Source: a virus
Lineage: Duplodnaviria; Caudoviricetes
Strand: one strand, 5' to 3'
Virus record (IMG/VR): IMGVR_UViG_3300024518_004211
Location: 1-60,317 of that record
DNA: 60,317 bases
Positions 20,359 through 30,638 of the stretch are shown piece after piece; the first letter of the stretch is position 1, and each line of letters opens with the position of its first letter. A program made the position numbers and the translations under genes. A model generated the notes under the pieces. It was not told where the DNA came from. It was given only the letters and a program-made list of their open reading frames with translations, and searched no databases.

Positions 20359-22290
20359 ATGCCCCAACAGCCTACCGCGGCGGCTGCCGTGCGTGAAGTG
20401 CGTCTGCACTCCACGCAACTTCTCGCCATCGCCACACGCGGCCCCCGCGTCGCCGTCCTCGCCGCCCCCGGCTCCGGAAAGACCGCGGTCCTCACCCAGC
20501 GCGCCGAGCGCCTCCTGGTCAACCACCACCCGAAAGAATTGTTGTTGGTCACCTTCACGAACGCCGCCGCCGCCGAGATGCGGGACCGCGTCGCCGACCT
20601 GCTCCCCCAGCGCCAGCAGTGGAAGGCGCGGAAGATGCAGATCAGCACCATCCACAGCGTCGCGGTGCGGCTCATGCGCCAGTACCACGACGTGCTCGGC
20701 ATGCACGAGTGCTTCAGCATCTACGACGAGCGCGACGAAGACGACCTCTACCTGTACGCCGGCCGGGAGATGGGCGTGGTGCCGGCCCCCGGAGCGAAGA
20801 AGAAGCGGGGGCAGGTCACGACGGCGCGGTCGCTCAGGAAGAAGCAGGACGTCATCGACCGGGTGCAGAAGATGCTGCGGGAGGCTCAGGCGGTCACTTA
20901 CGACGGGATGGAGCAGGCCTTCCTCGGGCTGCTCAGCCGGCCCAAGATCGCGGCGCAACTGCGGGCACGCTGGCGGCACGTGCTGGTTGATGAGAGCCAG
21001 GACCTGAGCGACGACCAGCACAAGATCTTTGCGACGCTGGCGCCGCCCAACCTCTACATGGTGAGCGACCCGAGCCAGCGGATCTACACGTTCAGAGGCG
21101 CCACCGGCCAGTCGGTCGAGCTGTCGAACCGCCCCGACTGGGAGCGCATCGTCATGCCGGTGAACTGGCGCTCACGCCCGCCCATCGTCGCAGCTGCCAC
21201 CCGAGTCGGCCGGGAGATGGCGGTGCCGGGGCTGGAGCAGGAGGCGGGCCGGCCACCTGACGACGCCGACCGCCACGCCATCGCCGAGATCTACGGGCGG
21301 GAGCGCGGCGAGACGCTGGCATTCATCGCCTCCGACATCCAGGCGGCCCACGGCTACCCGAACGAGTGGCGCGACATGGCCGCCCTCGCCCCCACCTGGC
21401 GCCAGCTCGAGCAGCTCGCCGAGACCCTGGAGGCCCGGGGCATCCCCTACCGCGTCGCCAAGCGCACGCCGGACGTGTGGGCGAGCGATGCCGCGCGCTG
21501 GGCGGTCAACTGCTTGCGCGTCGTCGTCAACCCGCACGACCACATCGCGCTGTGGCTGAGCCTCAATGCCTTCTCGCCGCGGGTGAGCACGGGGGAGATG
21601 AGCCGGATCAAGCTGGCTGCGATGAAGGGTGGGACGGTGCTGGACTGCGCGGTGGACATCGTCGGCGGGGCGGGCAGAAAGCTGCTCGCGGAGTTGGTAG
21701 CCGCCCGCGACATGGTGACGAACTGCGACGACGAGGTCGCCGCCGACGAGATCTGCAACGCGCTCGGGCACATCCTCGAGGCCGACCTGCACCTGATCAA
21801 CAAGGCGCGCGACGTGGCGCGCTTCGGCGATGCCGTCGACGAGTGGGATGCTGGGAGGATCACTGAGCCCGGCGCCGGCCTCTTCACGGTCAAGATGTTC
21901 CTCGACGCCTTCTCCGCCCGCGAACTCGGCCCCCGGGAGCCCGTCGACGAAGAGGCGCCCGACGAGGTGACCCTGGCGACTGTGCACGGCGCCAAGGGCC
22001 TCCAGTGGCCCTGCGTGTGGGTGCTCGGCTGCGAGACCAGCGGGCGCCGCCCCTGGCCCGGCGAGAAGGCCGCAGCGGAGAAGGGGCCCGGGTACGAGGA
22101 GGCGCTCCGCCTGTTCTATGTGGCGATGACGCGGGCGCAGGACCGGCTGCGGCTGTGCTGGGCGGAGTCGCGGGAGCGGAGCGTGTTCGTGGGGTTCGCG
22201 CTGGGCGAGGCCGCTGAGCGCGTTGAGGAACCGGCAGCCATGACGGCTGGGCAGGTGGTGCAACTGGTCGACAGCGACGTTCCATTCTGA
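20359..22290 (+). CDS. UvrD/Rep/PcrA-family SF1 helicase
   Basis: AAPGSGKT, VTFTNAAA, STIHS, LVDESQD, SDPSQRIYTFRGA, NWRS, TVHGAKGLQW, RLFYVAMTRA; start codon uncertain (20263/20359/20398). Confidence 0.95.
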   Translation: MPQQPTAAAAVREVRLHSTQLLAIATRGPRVAVLAAPGSGKTAVLTQRAERLLVNHHPKELLLVTFTNAAAAEMRDRVADLLPQRQQWKARKMQISTIHSVAVRLMRQYHDVLGMHECFSIYDERDEDDLYLYAGREMGVVPAPGAKKKRGQVTTARSLRKKQDVIDRVQKMLREAQAVTYDGMEQAFLGLLSRPKIAAQLRARWRHVLVDESQDLSDDQHKIFATLAPPNLYMVSDPSQRIYTFRGATGQSVELSNRPDWERIVMPVNWRSRPPIVAAATRVGREMAVPGLEQEAGRPPDDADRHAIAEIYGRERGETLAFIASDIQAAHGYPNEWRDMAALAPTWRQLEQLAETLEARGIPYRVAKRTPDVWASDAARWAVNCLRVVVNPHDHIALWLSLNAFSPRVSTGEMSRIKLAAMKGGTVLDCAVDIVGGAGRKLLAELVAARDMVTNCDDEVAADEICNALGHILEADLHLINKARDVARFGDAVDEWDAGRITEPGAGLFTVKMFLDAFSARELGPREPVDEEAPDEVTLATVHGAKGLQWPCVWVLGCETSGRRPWPGEKAAAEKGPGYEEALRLFYVAMTRAQDRLRLCWAESRERSVFVGFALGEAAERVEEPAAMTAGQVVQLVDSDVPF

Positions 22291-22299
22291 GGAGGCACT

Positions 22300-22674
22300 G
22301 TGTCCTACAACATAGACAACATCGAGCACCTCACAACCGGCCGGCTACTTATCGCGGCGGGTGTTCGTTCCGCGCTTGCCGTGAAGCACGCAGACGACAC
22401 TCCGGAAGACACCTTCCTGACCGACGATTCCGCTGTTCGCGAGTCCAGGGATCTGCCCGGATACTTCGTGATCGAGAGGATTGGATGGTACGGAGAGGGG
22501 AGTGGGCGCTCTGACGGTGTGCTCGTCGAAGTCCTCAGCGAGACGCTTGGTGCTGCCGACCTCATGCTCACCTGGGAAGGTGGTGACCACCACTCCGGCT
22601 ACCGCGTCATCAACGGCAAGGTCACCGAGATGGGAGTCGGTTTCACGCTGATCGAGAAGAAGCGATCCTCCTGA
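22300..22674 (+). CDS. Hypothetical protein
   Basis: GAGGAGG RBS, GTG start. Confidence 0.6.
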   Translation: MSYNIDNIEHLTTGRLLIAAGVRSALAVKHADDTPEDTFLTDDSAVRESRDLPGYFVIERIGWYGEGSGRSDGVLVEVLSETLGAADLMLTWEGGDHHSGYRVINGKVTEMGVGFTLIEKKRSS

Positions 22675-22946
22675 TGCCCACCCCCATCTACGACCGCTTC
22701 CCCGCCAACCTCCGCACCATCCTCGAGATCACCGACGACAACCCGACAGCCCTGGCCCGACGGCTGCAGATCGCCGGCGTGGACATCTCGGGGCGGCAGT
22801 GCCGGCGCCTGGCGAGCGGCCGGACGCTGGCGCACCTGCACCACATCGACATCTTCGCGACCCACTACGACATCGACCCTGGCTGGCTTGCGTTTGGTGA
22901 GCCGGTCGCATTTGCCGCGTATCTGCGGCGTGAGGAGGCAGCTTGA
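22674..22946 (+). CDS. HTH/XRE-like DNA-binding protein
   Basis: NPTALARRL...IDIFATHYDIDPGWLAFGE resembles an XRE C-terminal motif. Confidence 0.6.
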   Translation: MPTPIYDRFPANLRTILEITDDNPTALARRLQIAGVDISGRQCRRLASGRTLAHLHHIDIFATHYDIDPGWLAFGEPVAFAAYLRREEAA

Positions 22947-24448
22947 CTACCACCAAGACCACGACACTGCAGGAACGGCTGCGCAACAGAACCGGCGAGA
23001 TCACCGACCTCCAGGACACGGCGCTCATGGACGCTGCGGCCAAGAGAATCGACGGGCTCGCATACTTCCGCCGCCGAGTCATCGAGACCATCGCCACCTA
23101 CGACGCCGAGGACATCGCAGTCGCGACCGCCACGGACGACGACGAGATCATCGAGCACATCGCGATGCTACGGAACTCGGTGGAGAGCGAAGAGGGCGCG
23201 AAGCAGCACCTGGAGCGTGCGCGGGCCGCGCTGCTCACCGACCCAACCACCATCGCCCTGCACGTCAACGCGAGCACGCCGGACGTGGCGGCGGCGATGA
23301 TGCGACTCCGGCACATGGCTGGGCTGGATGAGCCGAGATCGCCATCCGAAGAGAGCGACTGCGCCGGCTGTCACGCCGAGGGGCCGGGGTGCGACGGGGA
23401 GCCGTGCACGGACAACGCCAACTGCTGGACCTGTGGAAACAACACCAACTCCCATCCGTTCTCGTGCGCCCTTGTGGTCAACTTCCCGGACGAAGTAGCC
23501 GTATGGTGCCGAAAGAACCGGGACTTCAACACCGGGATGCCCGCCATTGACGCACCGTCATGTCCTGGATGGATCTACCGATCGCCCGCCGACGGGGTCT
23601 CCGCCATCAAGGCAGAAGCGGCGGCGCTCGGTGTCCAGGTTGGCGACGAGGAGCCCGACCGCGACAAGGGCGAGGGCTACGACGTCGATGACCAGTGTGA
23701 GGAGTGCGAGAAGTGGGAGTGCGGGGCTGGCGAGTCACTCGAGCCACACCCTCACCAGGTCTGCAAGGAGTGTGAGCACTGCGGGGAGTGCGGGCACGAT
23801 GAGGACTGCAGCCTGGCCCGCCCGCACACCGGCATCGAGATGCTCACCGTGCTCCGGGATCTCGACCTCGACGAAGACGAGCCGCTGGTGAACTGCTACC
23901 AGATGACCCAGGATGCCCGCGACGACGGCAGCGCGATGGAGGGGGCGCTCTGGGCATGGCGAGCTGCCGGCCACCCGATGCCAGGCGCCACGGTGGACGA
24001 GATGGAGGTGCTCCGCCTCCGCGCCCGCATCACCGAGCTCGAGATCGCCGCCGAGTCCAGGGCCGAGGGTGAGGCCTGTCTCGCCCAGGCCGTCTGCGAG
24101 CTCTTCGAGACCGACTCCCACCGAGACGCCCAGCTGGCCCTGCACAGCCTGGCGGGCATGCTCGACCGAGCAGCCTGGGCGCTGGGTGTCAGCAAGTGGC
24201 CGGAAAGACCGCACGCGCTGGCCACCCGGCTGATCACAGCCATCAAGATGGCGCACGCCACCAAGACCCCGGGCGGCTGCATCGACCGGGCGCTGCACCT
24301 GCTCCAGGTCGAACGGGGTGAACTTCGGCCGGCGCTGAGGGCTGCGTGTGCGGAGGTGACTGTGGGGCTGGATGGCTCGCGGCGACTGCTGGCTGACATG
24401 CGGAGCGTCGAGCGGGAACTTGCGGCGCTGCGGGAGGTGTCGAAGTGA
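22943..24448 (+). CDS. Mosaic Cys-rich hypothetical protein (501 aa)
   Basis: Long ORF with several CxxC clusters and coiled segments. Confidence 0.65.
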   Translation: MTTTKTTTLQERLRNRTGEITDLQDTALMDAAAKRIDGLAYFRRRVIETIATYDAEDIAVATATDDDEIIEHIAMLRNSVESEEGAKQHLERARAALLTDPTTIALHVNASTPDVAAAMMRLRHMAGLDEPRSPSEESDCAGCHAEGPGCDGEPCTDNANCWTCGNNTNSHPFSCALVVNFPDEVAVWCRKNRDFNTGMPAIDAPSCPGWIYRSPADGVSAIKAEAAALGVQVGDEEPDRDKGEGYDVDDQCEECEKWECGAGESLEPHPHQVCKECEHCGECGHDEDCSLARPHTGIEMLTVLRDLDLDEDEPLVNCYQMTQDARDDGSAMEGALWAWRAAGHPMPGATVDEMEVLRLRARITELEIAAESRAEGEACLAQAVCELFETDSHRDAQLALHSLAGMLDRAAWALGVSKWPERPHALATRLITAIKMAHATKTPGGCIDRALHLLQVERGELRPALRAACAEVTVGLDGSRRLLADMRSVERELAALREVSK

Positions 24449-25485
24449 CGGCCGCGAACATGAGCGCGATTGACCTACTGAGTCAGGCCCGAGACCTGCT
24501 CGAAGACGTCAGCAACCTCAACACGAACCAACCGGACGAGTGGGCCGGGTGGGAGCGGGCGCGGGATGAGGTTGTGGCGGCGGCTGATGTGCTGCTGGCT
24601 GTGCCGGAGTCGAACGCGGACGGGTTGCTGCCGTGCCCGTGGTGCGACGACAAGCGCCCGAACTACATCAACAACACTGAGCCGGTCGTGTGTGTCCGGT
24701 GTCACGCGAGGGGGCCGCACACATCGAGCACGCGCCACCATTGGAACCAGCGCCACACCCCCGCCGCAGACGGTGGGCTGCACGCGGCGGCGAGGGCGCT
24801 ACAGGCTGCAGTGGATGCCCGCAGAGCGATTGGTCGGCTCGCTGACGAGGCGCGAGAGGATGACGCCAGTGACCGCCCTGTGCACTGGAGGGAGTTGTGT
24901 GGTTGCATGGAAGACGAGTTTGAATCGTTCGACGAAATGTGTCCGCAGCGAACCCTCGCCGACCTCGCCCCCGCGCCCGTGGAGCAGGCCAAGCCCGCCG
25001 ACCCCGCACCCGAAGCCGCGCCGGCAGAGGACTGCGTGGATGCAAAGCGCCTCCCGTTCGTCGACGAGGCATATGAGCGCCCGCGCTCGCCAGCCGAGTC
25101 TGAGGCGGACGAGATCAAGAGAGCGCTCGACAGCGCCAACGCGCCCACACTGGTCGACGCTGGCAGCATGTTCGCGGCCCACGGATCACAGGTCCAGAGA
25201 CTGACGACGGCTGGCCGAATCATGGCGCTGGGCGACATCGCGAAACAACACGCGGTCCTCGTCCGCGCCGTCAAGGAACTGGCGCTGTCGTCGTTCGATG
25301 CCGCCTCCGCTCTGCGGGAAGAGGCTCATTCCGGCCGGTGCGTGAGGCAGTCCGCTGAGTCGAAACTCGCGCGGGCGCAGGTGCTGAGTTCGCACGCTCG
25401 GAGGTTGAAGAAGATGATCAGCGGTGAGGGCGTACCTCCCGAGACGCTTCCCCCCGTCGACGCGGCCGAGGTGAAAGATGACTAA
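24445..25485 (+). CDS. Hypothetical protein with internal Lar-like zinc-finger module
   Basis: LLPCPWCD...VVCVRCHARGP...WNQR. Confidence 0.6.
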   Translation: MTAANMSAIDLLSQARDLLEDVSNLNTNQPDEWAGWERARDEVVAAADVLLAVPESNADGLLPCPWCDDKRPNYINNTEPVVCVRCHARGPHTSSTRHHWNQRHTPAADGGLHAAARALQAAVDARRAIGRLADEAREDDASDRPVHWRELCGCMEDEFESFDEMCPQRTLADLAPAPVEQAKPADPAPEAAPAEDCVDAKRLPFVDEAYERPRSPAESEADEIKRALDSANAPTLVDAGSMFAAHGSQVQRLTTAGRIMALGDIAKQHAVLVRAVKELALSSFDAASALREEAHSGRCVRQSAESKLARAQVLSSHARRLKKMISGEGVPPETLPPVDAAEVKDD

Positions 25486-26416
25486 GCCAACGACCCATCG
25501 GATCCTCGCGCGCAACATCAGGCCGTACCACTGGGCGGTGTGGAGTTCGACCGGCGGCGAGCCGTTCGCCAACACCGTCTGCCTCGTGAAGTGGGCCGAA
25601 GACGGAATGCGTCTTGTGTTCATGCTCGACAGTCACAACTTCATATTCATCTCGCCCGATGACTACATCGACGTGGTGACGTCTGGTGAGTCCGAGCACA
25701 TGCTGGAGAAGTACAAAGACTGGGTGTTGCCGGCGCAACCGGGACCACCGCAGCCGACAGATCGTGAGCAACTCGACCAGATCCGCGCCCTGCTCGCGGC
25801 CCAGGATATCGGCGGGGATTCTGCGGTGGCCGGGGTGCAGGAGTTGATCGATGACCGCGACTACTGGAAGGGCAAGTGCGAGGAGCACGACCGGGCCATC
25901 GCCATCGGGCACAAGGTGTTCGACAGGGTGGGGATCCCTTCTGCGGCGGGCCAGTCGTGCAGGCACCGTGACTGCCCGTCACACACCACGCACAGGCTGT
26001 ACCAGATGGAAGAGTGCCTCCTCGCCACCGACAGGAAGTGGGGCCGTCTCGCGTTCACAACCGAACCCAACGAAGCAGACCGCGGCGGCCGGCGAGGAGC
26101 GTGGGTGATGATTGCCCTTCGACCTGGACGACTCCCAGACACCGCAGCAGACAGCGAGGCGGGCGAGACGTGGCGGTGGCTCGCTGACGTGGACACGCCC
26201 GGGGATTCACCGCTCAGCCGGCGCACCGTGGCGTTCATGTACCGCCACGACGGGCAGGCTGTCATCCGTATCAGGTGGCGGGCCGACTGCCGCATTACCG
26301 GATGCAGCCTGATCTTCAAGCCGATGAAGCAGAGATCGGCGATGGAAGAACGGGTGGACATGCACCTGAGGGCGCATGGGTTCGACGTGGTGAGCGATCC
26401 CGGGCGCACCAAATGA
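25478..26416 (+). CDS. Hypothetical protein (312 aa)
   Basis: Tiled long ORF. Confidence 0.6.
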   Translation: MTKPTTHRILARNIRPYHWAVWSSTGGEPFANTVCLVKWAEDGMRLVFMLDSHNFIFISPDDYIDVVTSGESEHMLEKYKDWVLPAQPGPPQPTDREQLDQIRALLAAQDIGGDSAVAGVQELIDDRDYWKGKCEEHDRAIAIGHKVFDRVGIPSAAGQSCRHRDCPSHTTHRLYQMEECLLATDRKWGRLAFTTEPNEADRGGRRGAWVMIALRPGRLPDTAADSEAGETWRWLADVDTPGDSPLSRRTVAFMYRHDGQAVIRIRWRADCRITGCSLIFKPMKQRSAMEERVDMHLRAHGFDVVSDPGRTK

Positions 26417-26528
26417 CCCGCCGCATCCGCCGAGCCACAGACAGGCTCGTGATGGGCGCGTGGAGGCGATGCCTGGCTGCGGTGGTCGCGGTCGAGGGCG
26501 TGTTTTTTCGAGAGCGGAGGGCGGAGAG

Positions 26529-27011
26529 ATGATCGACCTGAACGAAGCGCTACACGAGGAACCGTGGGGCAACTACGACCTGCCGCTGAGGGTGTTCCGC
26601 GACAAGATCGTGACCTTCCGCAAGGTGCACAAGTGCCATTCGTGCCAGCAGGAGATCAAGGCCGGCACACGCGGCCGATCCCGAACCGAGAAGTCGAGCG
26701 AGTTCGACGACCTGGAGGCATTCCGCTGGTGCACGGTCTGCACCGCAGCGCAGGCAATCGCGCAGAATGACGAGGGCGACGTAATGGAGCGCCGGCACAT
26801 CATCGCTGCCGGCGTCACGCCCGGAGTCAGTGGCGCTGAATCGGCATGGACACCGGCGTGGTTCTGGGCGTGGTTCGATCGCCACTTCAAGGAGGTCGAG
26901 AATGATCGAGACGAGGATGCTGCGGAAGGAGAAGACACCGAATTCCTTGACGACACGATCGGGCTCTACATGAAGTTCACGAAACTGCGAGATCACGAGG
27001 CTGCACAATGA
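26529..27011 (+). CDS. Hypothetical zinc-binding protein
   Basis: RKVHKCHSCQQEIKAG...WCTVC. Confidence 0.6.
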   Translation: MIDLNEALHEEPWGNYDLPLRVFRDKIVTFRKVHKCHSCQQEIKAGTRGRSRTEKSSEFDDLEAFRWCTVCTAAQAIAQNDEGDVMERRHIIAAGVTPGVSGAESAWTPAWFWAWFDRHFKEVENDRDEDAAEGEDTEFLDDTIGLYMKFTKLRDHEAAQ

Positions 27012-27526
27012 CCCGCTTCATCGCAGAACTCGCCATAAACACCGCCCCCATCTGGGTCAAGTCCACCATCCTGGTCGGATTCGCCGCCGGGACCATCGCG
27101 ACGGCTCCGGTGTGGGTGCCGGTGCTGGCGGTGGTGGTGATCAACTCGAGTGGGAGGGAATCGTGAGACGAATACACTACGACGACTGTGACTGTGACAT
27201 CGGGTACACAGAGTGCTTCTGTTGTTACGGCACCGACGATGATGAGTGCGCGGAATGCGAGGGGAGCGGAGAGGTCGAGTGCCCAGACTGCGACGGATAC
27301 CCGAAGGACCGGCTGTGCCCAGAGAAAGGGGAAGACGGTCGACGGGAACGGGGAGACGACGGCTACAGGAGCGACACATGATCTACTTCTGGCGCGGCCA
27401 CCGAGTCCGCTACCTCGGCCGAGGCGCACACCGGGCCATCTACGAGCACGTCGAGACCGGCGCTGTGGGTCGGGTGGCGTGGGGGACGTGGGAGCGTGAG
27501 GCGAGCCCGTACAATCTGGAGGAGTC

Positions 27527-27781
27527 ATGAAGATCCGGAGCATCGACGACTTCGAGCGCCACTACCTGCCAGCTACACACGAGCGACGCCGACAACGGCT
27601 GCTCACCCAGTTGCGGGAGACGGATAGCGAGGCGTTCGCCGTACTGACCGTGGACGAGTTGGTGCACGGCGAGAAGGTCTCGGCAGAGATGGTCCGGGAG
27701 GCGTTGACGGCTGCTCGACGGCGACGGTGGGTGTCCGTGTTGTGGGACGGGATCACGCTGAGAAACGGAGGAAACCTATGA
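27527..27781 (+). CDS. Hypothetical protein
   Basis: GGAGG RBS, ATGA overlap. Confidence 0.5.
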   Translation: MKIRSIDDFERHYLPATHERRRQRLLTQLRETDSEAFAVLTVDELVHGEKVSAEMVREALTAARRRRWVSVLWDGITLRNGGNL

Positions 27782-28205
27782 CGACCCTACTCCTGGTTCC
27801 GCATCCCGACCACGCCAGCCTGCTCGACGGCGGGCCTTGTGGGTTCGTCCCGCCGGTGCACACGATTATCGGACCGAAGCCAGAGTGCCGAGAGTGCGAC
27901 GCCGGCACACGATGGTCGTCAGCGCCGACGGGGCAAACGAGTAGCCGCTACGTGTGTAGGGCGGACTACAGACACGTCGTGCAGCGGCACACGCGAACGA
28001 GGACCCTCCCCATCTGGCTCAACGACGCCCCCGTCCTCCCCGGCCTCTGGCTGCTGCTGGCCCGCATCCAAGAGGTCACCGGCTACATGATCAAAAAGAA
28101 CCACCGGATGCACGCCGGCCCCTACACCGAACAAGACGCCCGCGACATCCTCGCCCTGGCCGTGTCGCTGGGGATTGGCGAGGGCGTCGAGACGAAGGAG
28201 AAGCC

Positions 28206-28787
28206 ATGACCATGCCGAAAATCTACACGGGCGCGGAAGCGCGGGCGCTGCGGGATGCAGCAACCCCCGGCGAGTACGACGTCCAGCGCATCGACGAGTC
28301 CGACGGCGGCTTCCGCTGGGAGTTGTCTGTCGTCGACGCGTCCAAGCTGTTCAAGCAGCGCACCATCGTCATCGCCGGTTCGACCCAGAGCGACCTCGAC
28401 TCCAAGCGTGCCCGGTATGACGCGGCACTGTGGGCCGCTGCCCCCGACCTCGCCCGCTCCGTCGTCCACTGGCACGAGCGCGCGACCACGGCCGAGGCCG
28501 AGCGTGCCCAGGCCGTCGACAGCCAGGCTCGGCTCGCGCGCATGACTGACGAGGCGATGAACGAGCGGGACACCCTCCGCGCCGAGGTCGCCGGACTGCG
28601 GGCGGCTCTGGATTTCTACGCCAACGCGGATAACTACCACGCCATCACCATATTCGGTGCCCCCCCGTGTGGTGCGTTCATCGACGACATGAGCGATGAC
28701 CACGAGAGCCCGAACCACTATCAAAAGATGCCGGGCAGACAGGCTCGTGCCGCCCTCGCCGAACACGGAGGCAAGGCCGATGGGTGA
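28206..28787 (+). CDS. Ead/Ea22-like hypothetical protein
   Basis: ALRDAATPGEY...DAALWAAAPDLA followed by a coiled coil, a pattern common in phage accessory proteins. Confidence 0.55.
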   Translation: MTMPKIYTGAEARALRDAATPGEYDVQRIDESDGGFRWELSVVDASKLFKQRTIVIAGSTQSDLDSKRARYDAALWAAAPDLARSVVHWHERATTAEAERAQAVDSQARLARMTDEAMNERDTLRAEVAGLRAALDFYANADNYHAITIFGAPPCGAFIDDMSDDHESPNHYQKMPGRQARAALAEHGGKADG

Positions 28788-29003
28788 CCGACGACTGACA
28801 CGCGAGCAGGTCGACGCCTTCGTCGGTGTCGGATTCGCTGAGGATGTGTGCCTCGACTGGCTCGACCTGTACCGGGAGAACGCCGAACTGCGCACCGAGA
28901 TCGCCCTCCTCCGCGTTGGCGACGCTCTGGGTGAAGCGCTGGCGGACCTCCGCACGAAGCCGGTGAAGACGTACCTCGAGGTGCCGACGGGGCCGGACGA
29001 AGG

Positions 29004-29219
29004 ATGACATGTCACTGGTGTAACGGCGAAACCACGGTCAAGGACACGCGCGACCACCGGTCCAAGGGCTGGATTCCCTCAGTGATCAAGCGCCTGTGCG
29101 ACGTGCTGGCTCCCGACGGGTGGATTTGGCGGCATCGTGTGTGCCTGGCCTGTGGTCGGAGGGCGTCTACGGTGGAGGTTGATGTGGGGGTTTTGCAGCG
29201 GTTGGCGGGCGTGCTCTGA
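29004..29219 (+). CDS. NrdR/Ogr-like zinc-ribbon protein
   Basis: CHWCNGETTVKDTR...RHRVCLACGRRASTVE matches the NrdR N-terminal zinc ribbon. Confidence 0.7.
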   Translation: MTCHWCNGETTVKDTRDHRSKGWIPSVIKRLCDVLAPDGWIWRHRVCLACGRRASTVEVDVGVLQRLAGVL

Positions 29220-29300
29220 TCTATTTTCGCCCTGATTGAATAAATGTGTGGCGCTTTAATGTGGGGCACCTTAAAGTGAAGTCACAAGAAGGGAGAAGCC
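29220..29300 (+). promoter_or_regulatory. AT-rich promoter/operator region
   Basis: Sharp AT-rich island; direct repeats AATGTGTGGCGC / AATGTGGGGCAC; inverted pair CTTTAA..TTAAAG. Confidence 0.55.
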
Positions 29301-29557
29301 ATGTCGAACGAACCGAGAATCGAGCACCGCGCGAACCGCTACGGCAGAACCGTGATCGTCGTGGTCGACGTCGACGGGGCAGTCTTCGCCGCCGAGGATG
29401 AGCAAGAGGCGGAGACCGTGCTCGCCCTCGTCGTCGCCAATAGTGGGCGCCTCTGACGGCAACGGGGCGGCCACAACGCCCCGGCACAGGCATTCAGCCT
29501 GCCCGCCCGCTGCGATGATGCGGGGTGCTCCTGAGGATGGGGCGAGGAGATGAGACG

Positions 29558-29920
29558 ATGGCGGAACCGGATCGAGGTATGCATTGGAAGGACGGGAACA
29601 CGCTCGTACAGGTCACTGCAATCACTGGTGAGACCGCCTCGTTCACCGTGATCGACCCCGGCGATTCAGATAGCTCCGCCGTGTGGATGCACATGGAGGA
29701 TGAGTGCCACGTGTCGGAGTTGACCCCGCTGGCACGGGCCACCACCACCAAACTCGGGCGCCCCACAGGCACCCCCCGCCCCAAGGCCCAGAACCGGCGC
29801 GATGGCGTCGCGATCAGGGTGAGCGAGGACGAGTGGGCCGAGCTGTGGGAGCCGCACCGGAGGGAGGGGGAGTCTCGGGCGGATGTGGTGGTGCGGTTGA
29901 GGCGGGGGGAGGGACCGTGA
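29558..29920 (+). CDS. Protein with C-terminal ribbon-helix-helix-like domain
   Basis: KLGRP...GVAIRVSEDEWAELW...GESRADVVVRL; GAGGAG RBS. Confidence 0.5.
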   Translation: MAEPDRGMHWKDGNTLVQVTAITGETASFTVIDPGDSDSSAVWMHMEDECHVSELTPLARATTTKLGRPTGTPRPKAQNRRDGVAIRVSEDEWAELWEPHRREGESRADVVVRLRRGEGP

Positions 29921-30638
29921 CTCCGCTGGCCTTCAGCATAGGGTGCCTGGCCTGCTTCGCTGCTGGCGTGTTCGCCCGGGCCGCGTGGGATCGCCTGACC
30001 GTGGATGTGCAGGAGATCGTGCCCGGGCAGAAGTGGGAACTCTATGACGGCTCGTCAGTGTATGTCTCGATCCGGTCCAGCACCGGATACGCCCACTACC
30101 TGAGGATCAACGGGCATTCGGGTGAGCGCTACACCAACCGCTGGTTGCGTCGGCACGGGCGCCTACTGGGTGCCCCATGACCTCACCGGCGCCGAGGCGG
30201 CATACCGGGCCGAGGTTCGTGCACGCGGGCGCTCGGAAGCTCGATGCAGGGTCGTGCTGGTCTGCGGCGACGGGTGCGGACCGTGCGCTATGATGGAACA
30301 GAGATTGCATCTGAAGGGGGCATGGAACTTGTCAACGAAAACCCGCTTTCGACCGTTCTCACCGATCGCCTCAGCGAAATCGCGCACCGAAAAAGTGACG
30401 AGAGGACATCACGCCGCCTCCAACAAGCCTCATTCGTCGCCGCCCTGTGCAGGCTGAGAATGCAGATCCGCGACATCGCCGAGGACCTCGCCGCGAGCGA
30501 TGACGAGGACCGCACTGCACGCGCGCTGTTGGCCCTGAGGCTGATCGATCTGCTGCTGCTGATCGAGACCCGGTTTGATGGGCGGTGGACGCTCAGGCGG
30601 GCGATACGGGCGGGGATGTGGCTGGGGAGGCTGACGGA

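Noticed and set aside
16265-21021. Long antisense ORFs (e.g. 16265-17959, 18991-21021; also 42665-43987, 49995-52256)
   Set aside because: Shadow ORFs opposite well-supported genes, expected from high-GC codon bias.
18073-22290. Gabija-like defence pair (ATPase plus UvrD)
   Set aside because: The ATPase has a long coiled coil with a zinc hook and no C-terminal TOPRIM domain, so it is SbcC-like rather than GajA/OLD-like.
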